Positions 37,813-61,593 of a DNA stretch of 64,000 bases are shown piece after piece (position 1 is the first letter of the stretch; each line of letters opens with the position of its first letter). The position numbers and the translations under genes are program-made. The stretch is from the human T2T-CHM13v2.0 reference genome, Homo sapiens: the NCBI RefSeq assembly GCF_009914755.1, contig NC_060925.1; one strand, 5' to 3'. The notes under the pieces are model-generated. The model was not told where the DNA came from and did not search any database. It saw only the letters and a program-made list of their open reading frames with translations.

Positions 37813-37941
37813 ATGAAACTGGAGCGAGCAGAGTGGGGCAATGACCTGCCTAGTGTGGAGTTGCAGCTAGAAACACAGCAGCACATCCATACGAGTGTAG
37901 AAGAGCTGGGCTCAAGTGTCAAGGAGGCCAGGTTGTATGAG
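37813..37941 (+). CDS. MACF1: MACF1 exon, spectrin repeat (MKLERAEWGNDLPSVE...ARLYE)
   Basis: tttcag / gtgcgt, 129 nt. Confidence 0.95.
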
Positions 37942-38668
37942 GTGCGTAGCCTTCAGAATCCACATTACAGGAGGGACGTGGTTGGAACGGATGAAAGGAC
38001 AGTACACACAATAAAGCTGTATTGAAGGAGGAGGGTGCTCTGGAAAAGAATAATGATGATGAAGAGCGGTTTATGACAAATTCCCTTTTCACATGAAGTG
38101 TATCTGTTAATCTTTGAAATAAACTTGTGAGAAAAGTATTTTTATTAACCCCTTTTTACTAAAATGAAAAGTGATACTGGAAGCTGAGGTCAGAATTAGT
38201 AAGTAGTGGATGCAGCATCCAAACTCAGGCCCTCTGCCTCTATAAATTCAGGCACTTTTTACTTCCCCATCTGCCTGCAGTTGAGCGCTGGTTTAGAGAA
38301 ACTATTCACACAGTTTCCTCTCTCCTTCAGTCACTGTTCTATCTTCCCAGTTTATATTTCAACTCTTCCCTTCAAAAAAGCAGTTGAGTGGGAATCAGGC
38401 ATTGGTTTTGCTTAGAAGCCTACCAGAATTGCTGGAAACACAGGATAGTGAGGTCTGTTGTTTGTAATTACCCTGCTCAACTGTTGCTCACTTAGTGCTG
38501 CTCCAAGTTATAAAATATGACTCAGAAATTTGTTGTCTAAGCTTCTGTTTTCTTAGAGCAACCAATCCATATCTCTATCTAGACATAATATTTGCATAGT
38601 TGCAACCATAACACGTAGTTTACTTACTCTTTCTCTAATGTATTTTTATTTCATTCTTTTTTAATCAG

Positions 38669-38746
38669 GGAAAGATGTCCCAGAATTTCCATACCAGCTA
38701 TGCTGAAACTCTTGGAAAGCTGGAGACACAGTATTGTAAATTGAAG
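38669..38746 (+). CDS. MACF1: MACF1 exon (GKMSQNF...QYCKLK)
   Basis: aatcag / gtgagt, 78 nt. Confidence 0.95.
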
Positions 38747-39360
38747 GTGAGTTTCTGCCGATTCTCTTACATTCTGCTCATAGAGTCTGGTTCCCCCCAA
38801 TCAACTCTCTTCCGTAATTCAGAAATCTCCTGGTTTGGCCCTGTTTTGGTTTTCTGCTTATTAGGTTATATCATTTACTATGCACTTATTCATATCTATT
38901 ATAACATTTTCCCAATTTTCTAAATGGGTCAGAAACTACTGTTCTTGAACGTTTTAAATAAATAGAACCTATCCTAGGTATTGTGCTTCAACAAACGTGT
39001 GGCTATATGTGCTTTGAGACACCAAAACTAAAAGTTTGAGATTTGTAGAGAGGGGACTTTCCCTCTGATCTGTTGTTTTTCATCCCTGTTTATCAAGATT
39101 GTCCAGAGTAGGACAGCCCAGGACCATTCTTTATCCAAGGAGCACCACAAAGGCCTTATGAATTCTGTTTTCTACTTAGGATTGAGAAGAGTTCTGGGAG
39201 TCTTATATCAAACTTGTACAAAAGTTGAATCCATGGGGAAAAATCCAGAGATTAAGAGCAAATTAATTTCCTGAGTTATTCTCTCCTTTGATGTCAAATG
39301 TGCTATCTTCTACAGATACAAAGGCTGCCAGTCTAATCTTATAATCCTTGCTTTGTCTAG

Positions 39361-39522
39361 GAAACTTCTAGCTTCCGGATGAGGCACCTTCAGAGCCTGC
39401 ATAAATTTGTTTCCAGAGCTACAGCTGAGTTGATCTGGTTGAATGAGAAGGAGGAGGAGGAACTAGCATATGACTGGAGTGACAACAATTCCAATATCTC
39501 AGCCAAGAGAAATTACTTCTCT
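39361..39522 (+). CDS. MACF1: MACF1 exon ([10 protein letters not shown]...[16 protein letters not shown]...NYFS)
   Basis: tctag / gtgagt, 162 nt; plakin DWSD motif. Confidence 0.96.
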
Positions 39523-40948
39523 GTGAGTCTAGCACAGTAGCAGGCCTGTCATACTTATTTAACAGCAGCAGAAGGAGACAGGGCCTAGTCTGCTGAAAGC
39601 TTGGGTGGCTGGAGTTGCACTCTGCTAGATAGAAATAGGGGCCCTACTCAATGCATCCATGCATGTGAGAAGTGTAAATGGAGAGAGGGACAGTAGAACC
39701 CTAGAGTTAATTTATCTAGAATGCATTTAGAAAGGCAGTGTCTTGGGTGAATAGAGCAGCAACCTGTAAATTGAGTCATTTCAGAAGCAATACAGCATTG
39801 TGGTTAAGATTATAGGCTTTGGAGTGCCTAAGTTCAAATTCTTATTCTTCTACTAACTAGCTCTATAACCTTGGGAAGTCATTTAATCTCTCTGGACCTC
39901 CATAAAATGAGATAATAGCACCACTTCAAAGCTACCCCCTCCCCTAATAGCACGTATTCCCCAACGGTTGCATAAAAGATTAAGATTTAATAAGCTAATC
40001 TAGACAAAGCATTTAGTCTAGTATTGTTCAACTGGGATATACTCTGGACTTTCCACAAATTTCTGAATTCTCCTTAATTCATTTATTAACTTTTTTGTTT
40101 CAATCTCTTCGTTTGTAAAAATGGGAAGGGAAATTTAACATTGGACAATAGGACACTGCTTTTTATTCTTTTCAATGAAAGATGTAGACAAGTTAGGATT
40201 AGTTTTTGCTACTTTTAGTATTTTCACACTCAGAAGATTTTTAAAGATTTTGTAAACTATGCAAATAGGGAGTTTCTTGTTTTTGTTTTTAACATGCACT
40301 TTAGACAGTTTAATTCTATTGATTTAGGGTTCTTAAAAAATATAGGCTTCTTCTGATTGGAGAATGGCATATGATTCTACTGAATTAAAGAAGGAAGATT
40401 GGATACTATAATACAATAAACAGGCTGTGTGAGAACTGAAATTAGGCTATAACAGAGATATAAAGAAAGTGCTCTGAAAGCATAGTAAGGATCAGTATCC
40501 AGCTTCACAGAAGAGCTATTTAAATTGAGTCCTGCAGTTAATAGAATTTAGAGTCAGTGGAGGACATTGTAGGCTGAATAGTCTAAGCAAAGCCAACCAG
40601 TCATTGATACCCATGTCCTGGTGTGTCATGTACTGGTGTGGGTACTGACGTGCAGGAACTGTCCACTCCAGCCAAGTTATCTCTTGTCTCTGGTCCAATG
40701 CTTATTCTGTGTTCCCCCATTTTACTCACATCTGGGTCAGGTCCCATGTCCTTTGTGAATCATTTTCCAATAATTCCAGTGTTTGTGCCCTTCTCTGCAA
40801 TCCTCTGGCATGCACTGTTTATACATCTCATTTTGCCACCAATTCTATATTGTAGGTTCCTTTAAAATAGGGAACACAGCTTTTATTTATGCTATCCGCT
40901 CCCCACTGCCAAGAGTGCTTATGCTGTAAAATTGAATTCCATTTTCAG

Positions 40949-41053
40949 GAGTTGACAATGGAACTGGAGGAGAAACAGGATGTGTTTCGTTCTCTACAAG
41001 ATACAGCAGAACTACTTTCACTTGAGAACCACCCAGCCAAGCAGACAGTGGAG
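40949..41053 (+). CDS. MACF1: MACF1 exon (ELTMELEEKQ...NHPAKQTVE)
   Basis: tttcag / gtgtgt, 105 nt. Confidence 0.95.
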
Positions 41054-41689
41054 GTGTGTGACTTGAGAATGTGTGAAGGTCAAATGCTGAGAGGTTGTTG
41101 TTATAAAAGTATTCAAATTAGAGACTTTGTTCCACTGAAAGACTTGGAGGAAGTGTCAGGGAACATTTGTCTTGGGTCTTCTCTCTTTTCATTCCTGACT
41201 GTTCCTATGTCCCTCAAAAGCCTGCAAACATTTTTGTTAGTCTAAGGAAACTACTAAGAGAAACAATAGAAGGGGCATTGGCTCACAGCTTTCAGAGGAA
41301 AAGTGACTTGGACCATATTTCTTCAAATAACTATCCAGACAGATCCTGACTTGACTCTTGTTGGTGTGGTGCCTTTGCCAAAAGAAGAGAAACAGTGGAA
41401 GAATTCCAGAGGAATTTATTTATGCCTGGGTTTTGCTGCCTAGATCATTTACTTACAACTGAGTGTGGAAGAGACCTTTTCTATGTAACCCCCTCTAACA
41501 AAACCATTTTGGATTAAAGGAACACCTCTTACTCGTGGGAAGCATTGAGCAGATGCCAGTCAAGTATCTCCACATCTTTTCTGTTGGCTTCTCTATCATT
41601 AGCAGAGTTGTACTTGGAAAATAGTATTGCGCATATATATTGAGTCTGTTAAACTCAAGCCCTTCTGTCTGTGTGCTTGTTTATTGCAG

Positions 41690-41785
41690 GCTTACAGTGC
41701 TGCTGTCCAGTCCCAGTTGCAGTGGATGAAGCAGCTGTGCCTGTGTGTTGAGCAGCATGTGAAAGAGAATACTGCTTATTTTCAG
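41690..41785 (+). CDS. MACF1: MACF1 exon (AYSAAVQSQLQW...ENTAYFQ)
   Basis: ttgcag / gtgtga, 96 nt. Confidence 0.95.
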
Positions 41786-41857
41786 GTGTGATGGATTTCT
41801 GTGTTTGTGTGTGTGTGTACATATGTATGTTAAAGGTGAGGTTACAAACACATCTGC

Positions 41858-42325
41858 GTTAGTGTGCTTTTGTTGTATAAACCACCACCTTAAAATTTAG
41901 TTGCTTAAAACAATAGTCATTTAGATAGCTCATGATTCAGTAGGTGAGCAGTTTGGGCAGGGCTCAGCTAAGTGGTTCATCTTATCTTGCCTGTCTTACT
42001 CATGGCTGCAGACAGGCTGGGGGCTGGTTGGTCCCAAATGGCATTGCTCATGTCTGAGAGTTGGCTAGGTGCTGAAGCACCAACCCATGTGTCTCTAGCA
42101 TCCAGCAGCTTTCTTCACAAAGTGGCTGTGTTTCATAAGCAGCAAGAGAGAGCGAGTCCTAGAGCACAAGTCCTTTTTTTCTGCTTGTGTCACATTTATT
42201 AATGTGCCTTTGGTTAAAGCCAGACATGTGGCTGTGCCTGGCTTCAAGGTGAGGAGAAATAGACTCCACCTCTTGATGGGAGGAGCTGTAAAATATTATG
42301 ACCTTTTTTTTCTTTTTTCAATCTG
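41858..42325. mobile_element. MLT1-type MaLR LTR fragment
   Basis: aaaatttagttgcttaaaacaa...gctcatgattc...tttgggcagggctcagct. Confidence 0.7.
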
Positions 42326-42328
42326 TCA

Positions 42329-43136
<808 letters not shown>

Positions 43137-43530
43137 TTTTGCCCCTAAATTAAATAGTTTCCGTGATTATTTCATAGTATGAATTGAAACATTTGATCAC
43201 TCAGCCTTAGGTTTTTCATGAAATACACCCCACAGCCAAATGCTGTACCTAGCCAGAAGTCAAGAGGAAAGAGCAGTGATTTCTGAGGGGGTGAAACAGG
43301 CTAACTTTTCGGTAGGGTAGGGTTTGGGGTAGTCAGCACTAATATTTTGCTGCATGGCTTTTTAAGCCCTTCGGTTTATGTTTCAGTGGTCCTTGTAATA
43401 AACTGTCACTAATGCAGTAGGGTGTAATCAGCTTTGCTAAGCTCTGCACAGTAAAATTGTTCTTTCTTAGTTAATATTCCAGTGTTCTAATGTTTTGAGC
43501 AGAAGGCATCCTTACTTTGTATTCCCATAG

Positions 43531-43656
43531 TTCTTCAGTGATGCACGAGAGCTGGAGTCATTCTTGAGGAACCTCCAAGATTCCATTAAACGAAAATATT
43601 CCTGTGACCACAACACCAGCTTATCCCGCCTTGAAGACCTGCTCCAGGACTCCATG
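43531..43656 (+). CDS. MACF1: MACF1 exon (FFSDARELE...LLQDSM)
   Basis: ccatag / gtgggt, 126 nt. Confidence 0.95.
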
Positions 43657-46120
43657 GTGGGTGTTGCCTCAGTGGGGATGATTACTTCTGAGAAAGAGAG
43701 TAAACCATATCAGCTGCTGCTGTTTATATCCTTGAAAGCTCCAGGGCAATGGGCCATTGTTGTAATAAAGTTTGGCTTACATTCAAATAGAGTTTAATCG
43801 ATGTTGTTCTGTCTCTTTCCTTTTTTTCCTTTTCTTTTCTTAAATAAGTTGCTAATAAGATTTCTTTGGGTATGTTATTGAAGTAAAGGCCTAGTCTTCT
43901 CCTCTGAGCCACTTTGAGCTCATTGTACTTTCTTTGCATTTTTCTTATTTTAATGTAATAGTTGGAGCCAAGGATGAGGTGTTGAGCATGAAGAAAAGGT
44001 TGAAGGGGATTAGTTGATATCAAATTCTTTTTTACTCTCTTATGCAAAAAAAAAACCAACAACAACAACAAAGAAATACACCTGAGTCAAAATTTTCCTC
44101 CTTGGTAGTTTTCTTTTGGATGATAATTAAAATTGATTTTAATTCAAAGAAACATTAAAATCTTATTTAGATGTAATATTTGTGCAGTTATTTATGAAGC
44201 AATATTAATTTTTAAGAAATAGTTTTACATTTAGTATTTAGTTCAAATCAATTTTATATTCTTTTTCTCCAATGAATTATTTCTTCAGGAGTGCTGGTAA
44301 TTAAATTAGCAGAAAGACTACTTATATTTAGTGAATGTATATTACACAGAGTTGGCAAGACAAGGCTCAAGCTACATCTCAAATTAAAATAGAAATGTAT
44401 ATGCAATAGGGAACTTACTTTTCCTTTGTGAGAAGTAAGGGGAATCTCGCATTTCAATAGAAAAGTCTGAATAAGAGAACTAGAATAACCCAAAACAGTT
44501 CATTTTTTTTGTCGGTAAAATTTGAGCATTTGTGAATTTAAGTTTTTTTATTTTTATTTTTTTACACTTTCAGGTATTGTAAACCTATGAGTGGTTTTAC
44601 ATTCACCTGGGCAAATAATCTGTTAATTTAATTAATTTGGAATGAAGGATGAAAACCTGACTTTTCAGATGTTGTCTCTAAAATGTCTCTCTCAGAGGTA
44701 CTGCAAGTATGAAGGAGGAATATAATCATTGGCTATTATCTCCTCCCTCCCACAGAGTACCTTCTGTCATAGGGTAACTCCTCTGCAGTGGTTGTCATAT
44801 CTTCTCTTCTCGAGGGTCGCTGCTCTGTTCCCTCCTCTCCAGGTCAGGGTCATCGGGTTGGCGGCGTCATCGGGGCATGGAGTCACCTGGGTCTGCTCCT
44901 CAGCTTGTCCGTCAGGTTCGGGAGCATCTGTCCTGGCTTCTGGTTCTTTTCAGAACTTTTACCACGCTGAGCACTTGGTCTCTGGAGCTTGAGCTGTTTG
45001 GCTGTGGGTTAGACAGAAATTGACATCTTATTGCAAGGAAACTGAAATGGGTAGACCAGCTCTCAAGTATGGAAATGTGGCTGTCTCCCTGATATATTCC
45101 ATTCCTCTTTCTTAACTAATAAGTTAAAGTTGTATTTCTTCCAATCATGCTCCCGGGGACAGGCACAGGTAGTTTATTTAAGCATTTCTTTTTCTTTACT
45201 TGCATATTCTTAGTTCTTTAATGGCATTTCCTAACATTATTAACTCTTTACTCTCATCGCATCTACATCCATCCTAAGAAAGCCCTCTTCTGGGGAGACT
45301 TTTATACCTCAAAATGGGCTTGAAACATCCGGGTTAATGGACAAAGTTTATCTTTTACTCTTTAATGGAATTGGTAATGGTTTACTACCAATTTTGTTAA
45401 CAAGAAGTTTATTCATTTTTAAGATTATTGGATTTGCAGAGATTTGAGAGTTTCAATTTTGCATGATACTTCTTTCTAACCAATCAAATTTATATGAATA
45501 TAGCACAGCAAATACTAAGAGGTAAACCCTAAATCATTTGTCATGATACCTTCACCAACAGCATTGTTGGTTGAAGAGCTAAGATCTTTCTCTAGAAAGC
45601 TTGACTCAATTTAGGAAAATAAAATATTTGGAGTAGAGCTTGGGAGATATAATTATTTTTAAAAATTTAAATAAGTATAACTAGCTTCTCCTAAGCAGAA
45701 AGGGAAGAACTGGTTTCTACCAGTGAGAAATTGACTAATAATAATATACCTATTATTGATTTTAACTTTCATGTTCTCTGAATCATGTTTAGATAGATTT
45801 TTTATTAGCTTTGTAGCTGTATTTGGAAGCTAGAAGTATTTGTTTTTATTTTGATTTTTGCATGTGACTTTATGGTTCATTGAAAGTGGCACAGGGAGAA
45901 AGCTGCAAAGTTTGAGTGCGAAAGCACTTGGTAGAAGACAGAAGCATTCTCTCCTTTTTTCTTTATCATTGTCTAAGTCTTTAAGATGGCTCCACCAACC
46001 ATCCCTACTTAACTGAGAGATGACATTCTCTGAGGGAGTGGAGTATTCAGTTTTCTTTGTTGACTTAGTCACCCTGAGTAGCAGCATTAATGTCATTTTG
46101 TTTTTCTTATCATTTTGTAG

Positions 46121-46273
46121 GATGAAAAGGAGCAGCTTATACAGTCCAAGAGTTCCGTTGCCAGTCTCGTTGGGAGATCAAAAACCATCGTTCAGCTAAA
46201 ACCACGCAGTCCAGACCATGTGTTAAAGAACACCATTTCTGTCAAGGCTGTCTGTGACTACAGGCAGATCGAG
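46121..46273 (+). CDS. MACF1: MACF1 exon, SH3 start (DEKEQL...QLKPR...[10 protein letters not shown])
   Basis: ttgtag / gtgagg, 153 nt. Confidence 0.96.
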
Positions 46274-46674
46274 GTGAGGAGGTAGAAAGGGTATCTCTGG
46301 GCCACAGGGGGAAGGAAGAAAGAAGGGAAGCCTTCAGTTAGGGTTATGATGATAAAAGATCAAATTACAGCGTTTTTAAAATTAGAATTTAAACATGCTG
46401 AAGTCTCTCCTATCATTTAAAAAAAAAAAACTAAACTAAAAACTTCAACACTATAATCTTGACCTGCTCCCTGCCTCAGTGATTGGCATCATTATCTACT
46501 CAGTTGCCTAAGTGTTGACAGAGATGGTACTTTGTAGCACTTGGGAGATATCCTTGACTCCCCCACCCCTCTTATCCTCCACAGCTAATAGGACCATCAA
46601 GTTTGTACTAATTTGTAAATATCCCTTAAACGTACTTTTTCTATCCCTGCTAATATTACCCTAAGAGCATAAGT

Positions 46675-48209
<1,535 letters not shown>

Positions 48210-48835
48210 AATTGTACTGTTTTTATCTCCAGTGTCCTAGCACATAGTAGACACTCAAGAAATATGTATTATACAAAAGAATGAATGAATTAAGAAATGG
48301 AAAAAAAATTTAAAAATGGGACTGTGCTTTTGTGTGTCTCGATATTTCTGCCTGTAAGTTAGGGATAATAGTCTTGATCACTTGCCTCTAAGAGAAAGAC
48401 TTGATAATTCCAAAATGCTTAAACATTTTCAGGGGTTTGGGTGGGATGATAGGAAGTAGGGAGAGGAAATATCATAAAAACAATGTTTTGATTATTCACC
48501 TTCCATTAGTTTTTACTCTAGTAGATTTTTGTGCTGAGATCGCTCTTGAGCCTTTATAGTCTTATTATAACTTTCATAGTCTGGGTTACTTGACATGTAA
48601 CAGGTATTTAATACATACTTATTTCCTTGATTTATTTGGTGTCACAGTTTTTCCTGTGTTGTAGATTTATACCCATTATCTTTTGGCAAAAATCAGAAGC
48701 CCTCACTAAGTGATAGCAGATCTTTTCTTAAGCAGATTTTTTTCTTAAGGATTTGATAGCTTTGGGATGAGGCACCAGGAAATAATGGGTTGTTGGTTTA
48801 TCCATTAGCAATCACTGGTAAATTTATCTCTTCAG

Positions 48836-48990
48836 ATTACTATTTGCAAAAATGATGAATGTGTGCTAGAAGATAATTCTCAGCGGACCAAATGGAAAGT
48901 GATCAGCCCCACAGGGAACGAGGCAATGGTGCCGTCAGTCTGCTTCCTCATCCCCCCACCCAATAAGGATGCCATTGAGATGGCCAGCAG
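48836..48990 (+). CDS. MACF1: MACF1 exon, SH3 ([11 protein letters not shown]...[15 protein letters not shown])
   Basis: ttcag / gtaact, 155 nt; plakin SH3 signature. Confidence 0.96.
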
Positions 48991-49465
48991 GTAACTTGGC
49001 TCAGCTGCCACTGGTACACCCACCTCTGCTGTTGGCCTCGGTGAACCAGTGGAGGGATGAGTGTGCATTTGTGATGTTTTTGAACACAGTGGTAAAGTTC
49101 CTCCTGGGAGAGGCTTCTCATTGGAGATATCAAGTCTCCTACTACCAGCCACATAGTAGATCTTCAATAAATACTTCTGTTCAGCTGGAGTATCTTCAGT
49201 GATATTTCTTTTTTAAAGAACTCCTGGTTATAAATAGTTTACTCTCAGAAGATTGATTTTTTTACCAGCCTGGTCAACATGGTAAAACCTCATCTATACT
49301 AAAAATACAAAAATTAGCTGGATGTGGTGGTGCACGCCTGTAGTCCCAGCTACTTGGGAGGCTTAGGCATGAGAATTGCTTGACCAAGGAGGCGGAGTTT
49401 GCAGTCAGCTGAGATTGCGCCACTGCACTCTAGCTGCCTGGGCAACAGAGCGAGACTCTGTCTCA

Positions 49466-49786
<321 letters not shown>

Positions 49787-49814
49787 TCAAAAAAAAAAAA
49801 AGGTTGATTTTTTT

Positions 49815-50835
<1,021 letters not shown>

Positions 50836-50868
50836 TTTTTTTTTTTTAATGGCAGCTGATTTTCTTTA

Positions 50869-51226
<358 letters not shown>

Positions 51227-51589
51227 TTAGAAAGTTGGGTTATACTGCAAAGTTTATTATAATAAAAATTAGCTATCACCTCTCCTTTCCCAAAGTTCCA
51301 CATTCCAGAGTCAAGTGTTTTCAGCTGTTTTAGCAGATTTTGCTGGGTTATAAATCCACATTTCCAAATGTAATTTTTTCCTGCTATTTCCTTGTTTGTT
51401 TTCAACTTCAGAAATTATCTATTAACTTCTTACTCTAGGAAATTAACATTTAGCTTTCTATGCACACATATATGCAAACACTTCTTCCGTTTTCCAAATG
51501 TGGTTATGTCACAGTTTTTGTTTAAGTTGCTATTTTTGTTTTATTAGTACATGTGTTGTTTAAAGCTGAGCCACATCTTACTCTAGGGG

Positions 51590-52025
51590 ACTATTGTGAG
51601 GCGACTGTGCCTTACCTCTCTGAACTCATCCTCTGCTACTCTCCTTGCTTGTACTTAGCTGCAGTCACTCTGGTCTTTCCTCTGTTTCTCACACACAGAC
51701 AGCATATTCTTGCCTCAGGGCCTTTGGACTTCCTGCTTGCCTCTGATATTTACATGTTTCACTCCCTCACTTTGTTCAGTTTATCTTAGAACCCTCATGG
51801 ACCACCATCCCCACTAACTGCATGCCACTCTCTGTCTTCTTTACTCATTTTATTTTTCTTCAGAACTCTTAATACTGCCTAACAGATTGTGTGTTTGTTT
51901 ATTCTCTCCTATTAGAGATTTTTGTCCATTTTGTTTACCTCTGTATCTTTAGCACTTAGAACCATTCCTAGCACATAGCAGGTATTCAATAAATGGTTAT
52001 TGAATGAAAGAATGAATGAGTAGGT
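51590..52025 (+). mobile_element. L2 3' end
   Basis: cctagcacatagcaggtattcaataaatggttattgaatgaa terminus. Confidence 0.75.
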
Positions 52026-52069
52026 GAGTGAATATATTTATGAATAAATTATTTTATTTACTTTCTTTA

Positions 52070-55313
<3,244 letters not shown>

Positions 55314-55475
55314 TAGTTCTAAAAATTCCTGAGATGCTAGTATTTGACTTGTTGCCTTTCTCTGCTCAACATATAAGCTCAATTCTGCTAAGGCAATCAC
55401 ATTTTTCCTTAGAAGGTCTCTAATGTGGAGCTGAAGTCTTACAAAGGTAATAGTCAGGTTCTGTGTTATTTCTAG

Positions 55476-55602
55476 GGTCGAACAATCTTATCAGAAGGTT
55501 ATGGCCCTTTGGCATCAGCTGCATGTTAACACCAAAAGCCTTATCTCTTGGAACTATCTGCGTAAAGACCTTGACCTTGTACAGACCTGGAACCTAGAAA
55601 AG
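55476..55602 (+). CDS. MACF1: MACF1 exon (VEQSYQKV...KSLISWNYL...LEK)
   Basis: tctag / gtaatt, 127 nt. Confidence 0.95.
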
Positions 55603-56150
55603 GTAATTATGAAAACCTTACCCCAGGCTTACATTCCATTGGCAAGATTTTTTCAGAAGGAGCTTTTTTCATTACTGTGAGACTTTTCCCCACCCAAATG
55701 GAGTAAAGTGGACTCAGGAATACCATTTTAGAGTTCGAGACCTGAGGTTCTTACAAGCTAGAAGCAGCAATTTGAATGGTAAAGGAAATTCCTAATTAGA
55801 ATAAGTAACATCTTTGGTCTTCTTGGCAAGGGTAGAAGGTTGCAGGCTTTTTCTCACTCTGTAAGACAATCATGTCTTTTGCATAAGAATATGTAGTAGG
55901 TGAATACTTGTGAACAATTATTAAGAGTTATGTCCAGTGGGGCACAAAGGGTGGTTCTGGGGTGCTGGTAATGTTCTGCTTCTTAATCTGAATGCTGACT
56001 AAATGGAGGAATTCAAATTATAAAAATCAACATGTTTACGATTATGGTTTATGCACTGTTTTGTATATATGTTACTTCAGTAAAATGGAGGAAAAGAGGA
56101 AGTGTTACATTTTTATTCTGTTGCAATTTCTTCTGGCTTTTTCTTTCTAG

Positions 56151-56334
56151 CTTCGATCCTCAGCACCAGGGGAGTGCCATCAGATTATGAAGAACCTTCA
56201 GGCCCACTATGAAGACTTTCTGCAGGATAGTCGTGACTCTGTGCTGTTCTCAGTGGCTGATCGCTTGCGCTTGGAAGAGGAGGTGGAAGCTTGTAAAGCC
56301 CGCTTCCAGCACCTGATGAAGTCCATGGAGAATG
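56151..56334 (+). CDS. MACF1: MACF1 exon (LRSSAPGE...FLQDSRDS...SMEN)
   Basis: ttctag / gtgtgt, 184 nt. Confidence 0.95.
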
Positions 56335-56736
56335 GTGTGTGCACTGGGAAGAGGGAAAGAGAATAGTAGAATGAGAGCCTTTCAAGGGGTTGCTGTGAAA
56401 CCCTTCATATAAATGAGAGAGTAACATCACCACTTTTTTCCATTTGAGTAGCTACGAACTTGAGATAGAGAAGAACTTATAGATGAATTCTCAAAATCAG
56501 ATCATGGAAGAAGTCTGTTGATATTTCAGTCATTACTGCTCATCAACCTATCACATTTTCTTGTGGCTGTAACATGTTTGGACTCTCAAAGATTAGTATA
56601 CAGTATGTGAAATTTAGGATCAGGTAGGATTAGGCAGAAGATTCCCTAAATAAAGCCTTGCTTTCATTAGTAGGATATCAGGTCTGCTTATCTCTGATGT
56701 CGAGCTTACTGGTCTTTTGTGTTTGTTCATTCACAG

Positions 56737-56906
56737 AGGACAAAGAGGAGACTGTGGCCAAGATGTACATTTCAGAGTTGAAGAACATCCGGCTACGCCT
56801 GGAGGAGTATGAACAGAGGGTGGTCAAACGAATTCAGTCTCTAGCCAGCTCTAGGACTGACAGAGATGCCTGGCAGGACAATGCATTAAGGATTGCAGAG
56901 CAAGAG
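56737..56906 (+). CDS. MACF1: MACF1 exon (DKEETVAKMYISELKNIRLRLE...IAEQE)
   Basis: tcacag / gtaagc, 170 nt. Confidence 0.95.
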
Positions 56907-58019
56907 GTAAGCCCTAAGAGCCATGTGGATGCTGGTTGTGGAGTGAATGCTTTCAGAGTTCATTGGATGGCAAGAGTATGGCACCTAAGAAATGAGGCAA
57001 TAGACTCAAGACAGTCCTTCTCAGGAGTTCTTCTTGCAGTCTATAAATGTCTTTTACCCGTGGAGAAGTGTGATTTCAGCTCCATGTGTATTGCTAAATG
57101 TTGATTAGTTTCCTACAGAGTTGAGAAGGCAAACAGACTAGTAAATTTTTCTAAGCAGTATATTTGGGCTATGTATTTTGAAACTGCTTAGTAGAGATGC
57201 TACTCTTTTATTCTATCCCTTATGTGCCTGTGTTACTTTAAATGACTTGGTTACCTTCAGTCATATGACCAATAAATATAAGGAATGACTCTGATTTGAA
57301 TGTGGGCTCTGATACATGCTCTGTCTGTGACTTTGAGCAAGTGAGCTCTCATCCCTAGTTTACTTTCTTGTAAAATGGAGATGGCAATGCACGATATAGG
57401 GTTATTTTGAAAATTAATGGTATAGTACATATAATGAGCTTCCTGAAAAAGTAAAATACTATGAAAATGTAGGATAGTATTCTTGAAGTAAAAGTAGCAA
57501 ATATTTTTTGCTTTATTAAGTCCTCTGAGGCATACAAAGAAAAGTAAATAAAGATCCTTGTTTTTTGGCTTATAGTGTAGTGAAAGGAAAATAAAAAGTC
57601 GAAGTTACAATTGGAGACTTCAGTATAAGATATAAGAAATGTCATGAATAGTAACTAGTGTATTTCCAAGCAAAGATTGCTGTAGGAACTTAGAGTGTTT
57701 CTAGAACATTTCTAATTAGAATGGTATGAGAGAGCTCTATGAAGGCTATTAAATTTGATCTGGGAGCTTAAAGGGGATGGAAAGGAATGGCTAATGAGGA
57801 GGAGTGATTTTTCTAACTTTCTATTTTTTCCCCCCAAACCTGAAGAGAAGAGTGAGAGGGAAGTATGATTTTTACTGGTGGAGAGGGAGGTAATATGAGG
57901 CATATCATATGAGCCTGGGAATTCTCATGTGGAAGCTTTTTACTTTTCTATAGGGTGATACAAAATCTATTTGTCCCTGAAAAATAGAACTCACTAAGAA
58001 ATAAAGGTTGACTGCATGC

Positions 58020-61345
<3,326 letters not shown>

Positions 61346-61414
61346 ATGTGGACTTCTTTCTACCTTTTTTGTTCAATTCTGTCTCCCTCTTTATGTGTGT
61401 CTTGTTCCTGGCAG

Positions 61415-61593
61415 CACACCCAGGAGGATTTACAGCAATTGAGGTCAGACTTGGATGCAGTTTCTATGAAATGTGACAGCTTTCTCCATCAGTCTCCATC
61501 TAGTTCAAGTGTCCCAACTCTGCGCTCAGAACTGAATCTGCTGGTGGAGAAGATGGACCATGTCTATGGTCTCTCTACTGTATATCTGAATAA
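61415..61593 (+). CDS. MACF1: MACF1 exon (HTQEDLQQ...LRSELN...STVYLN)
   Basis: ggcag / gtgagt, 179 nt. Confidence 0.95.
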
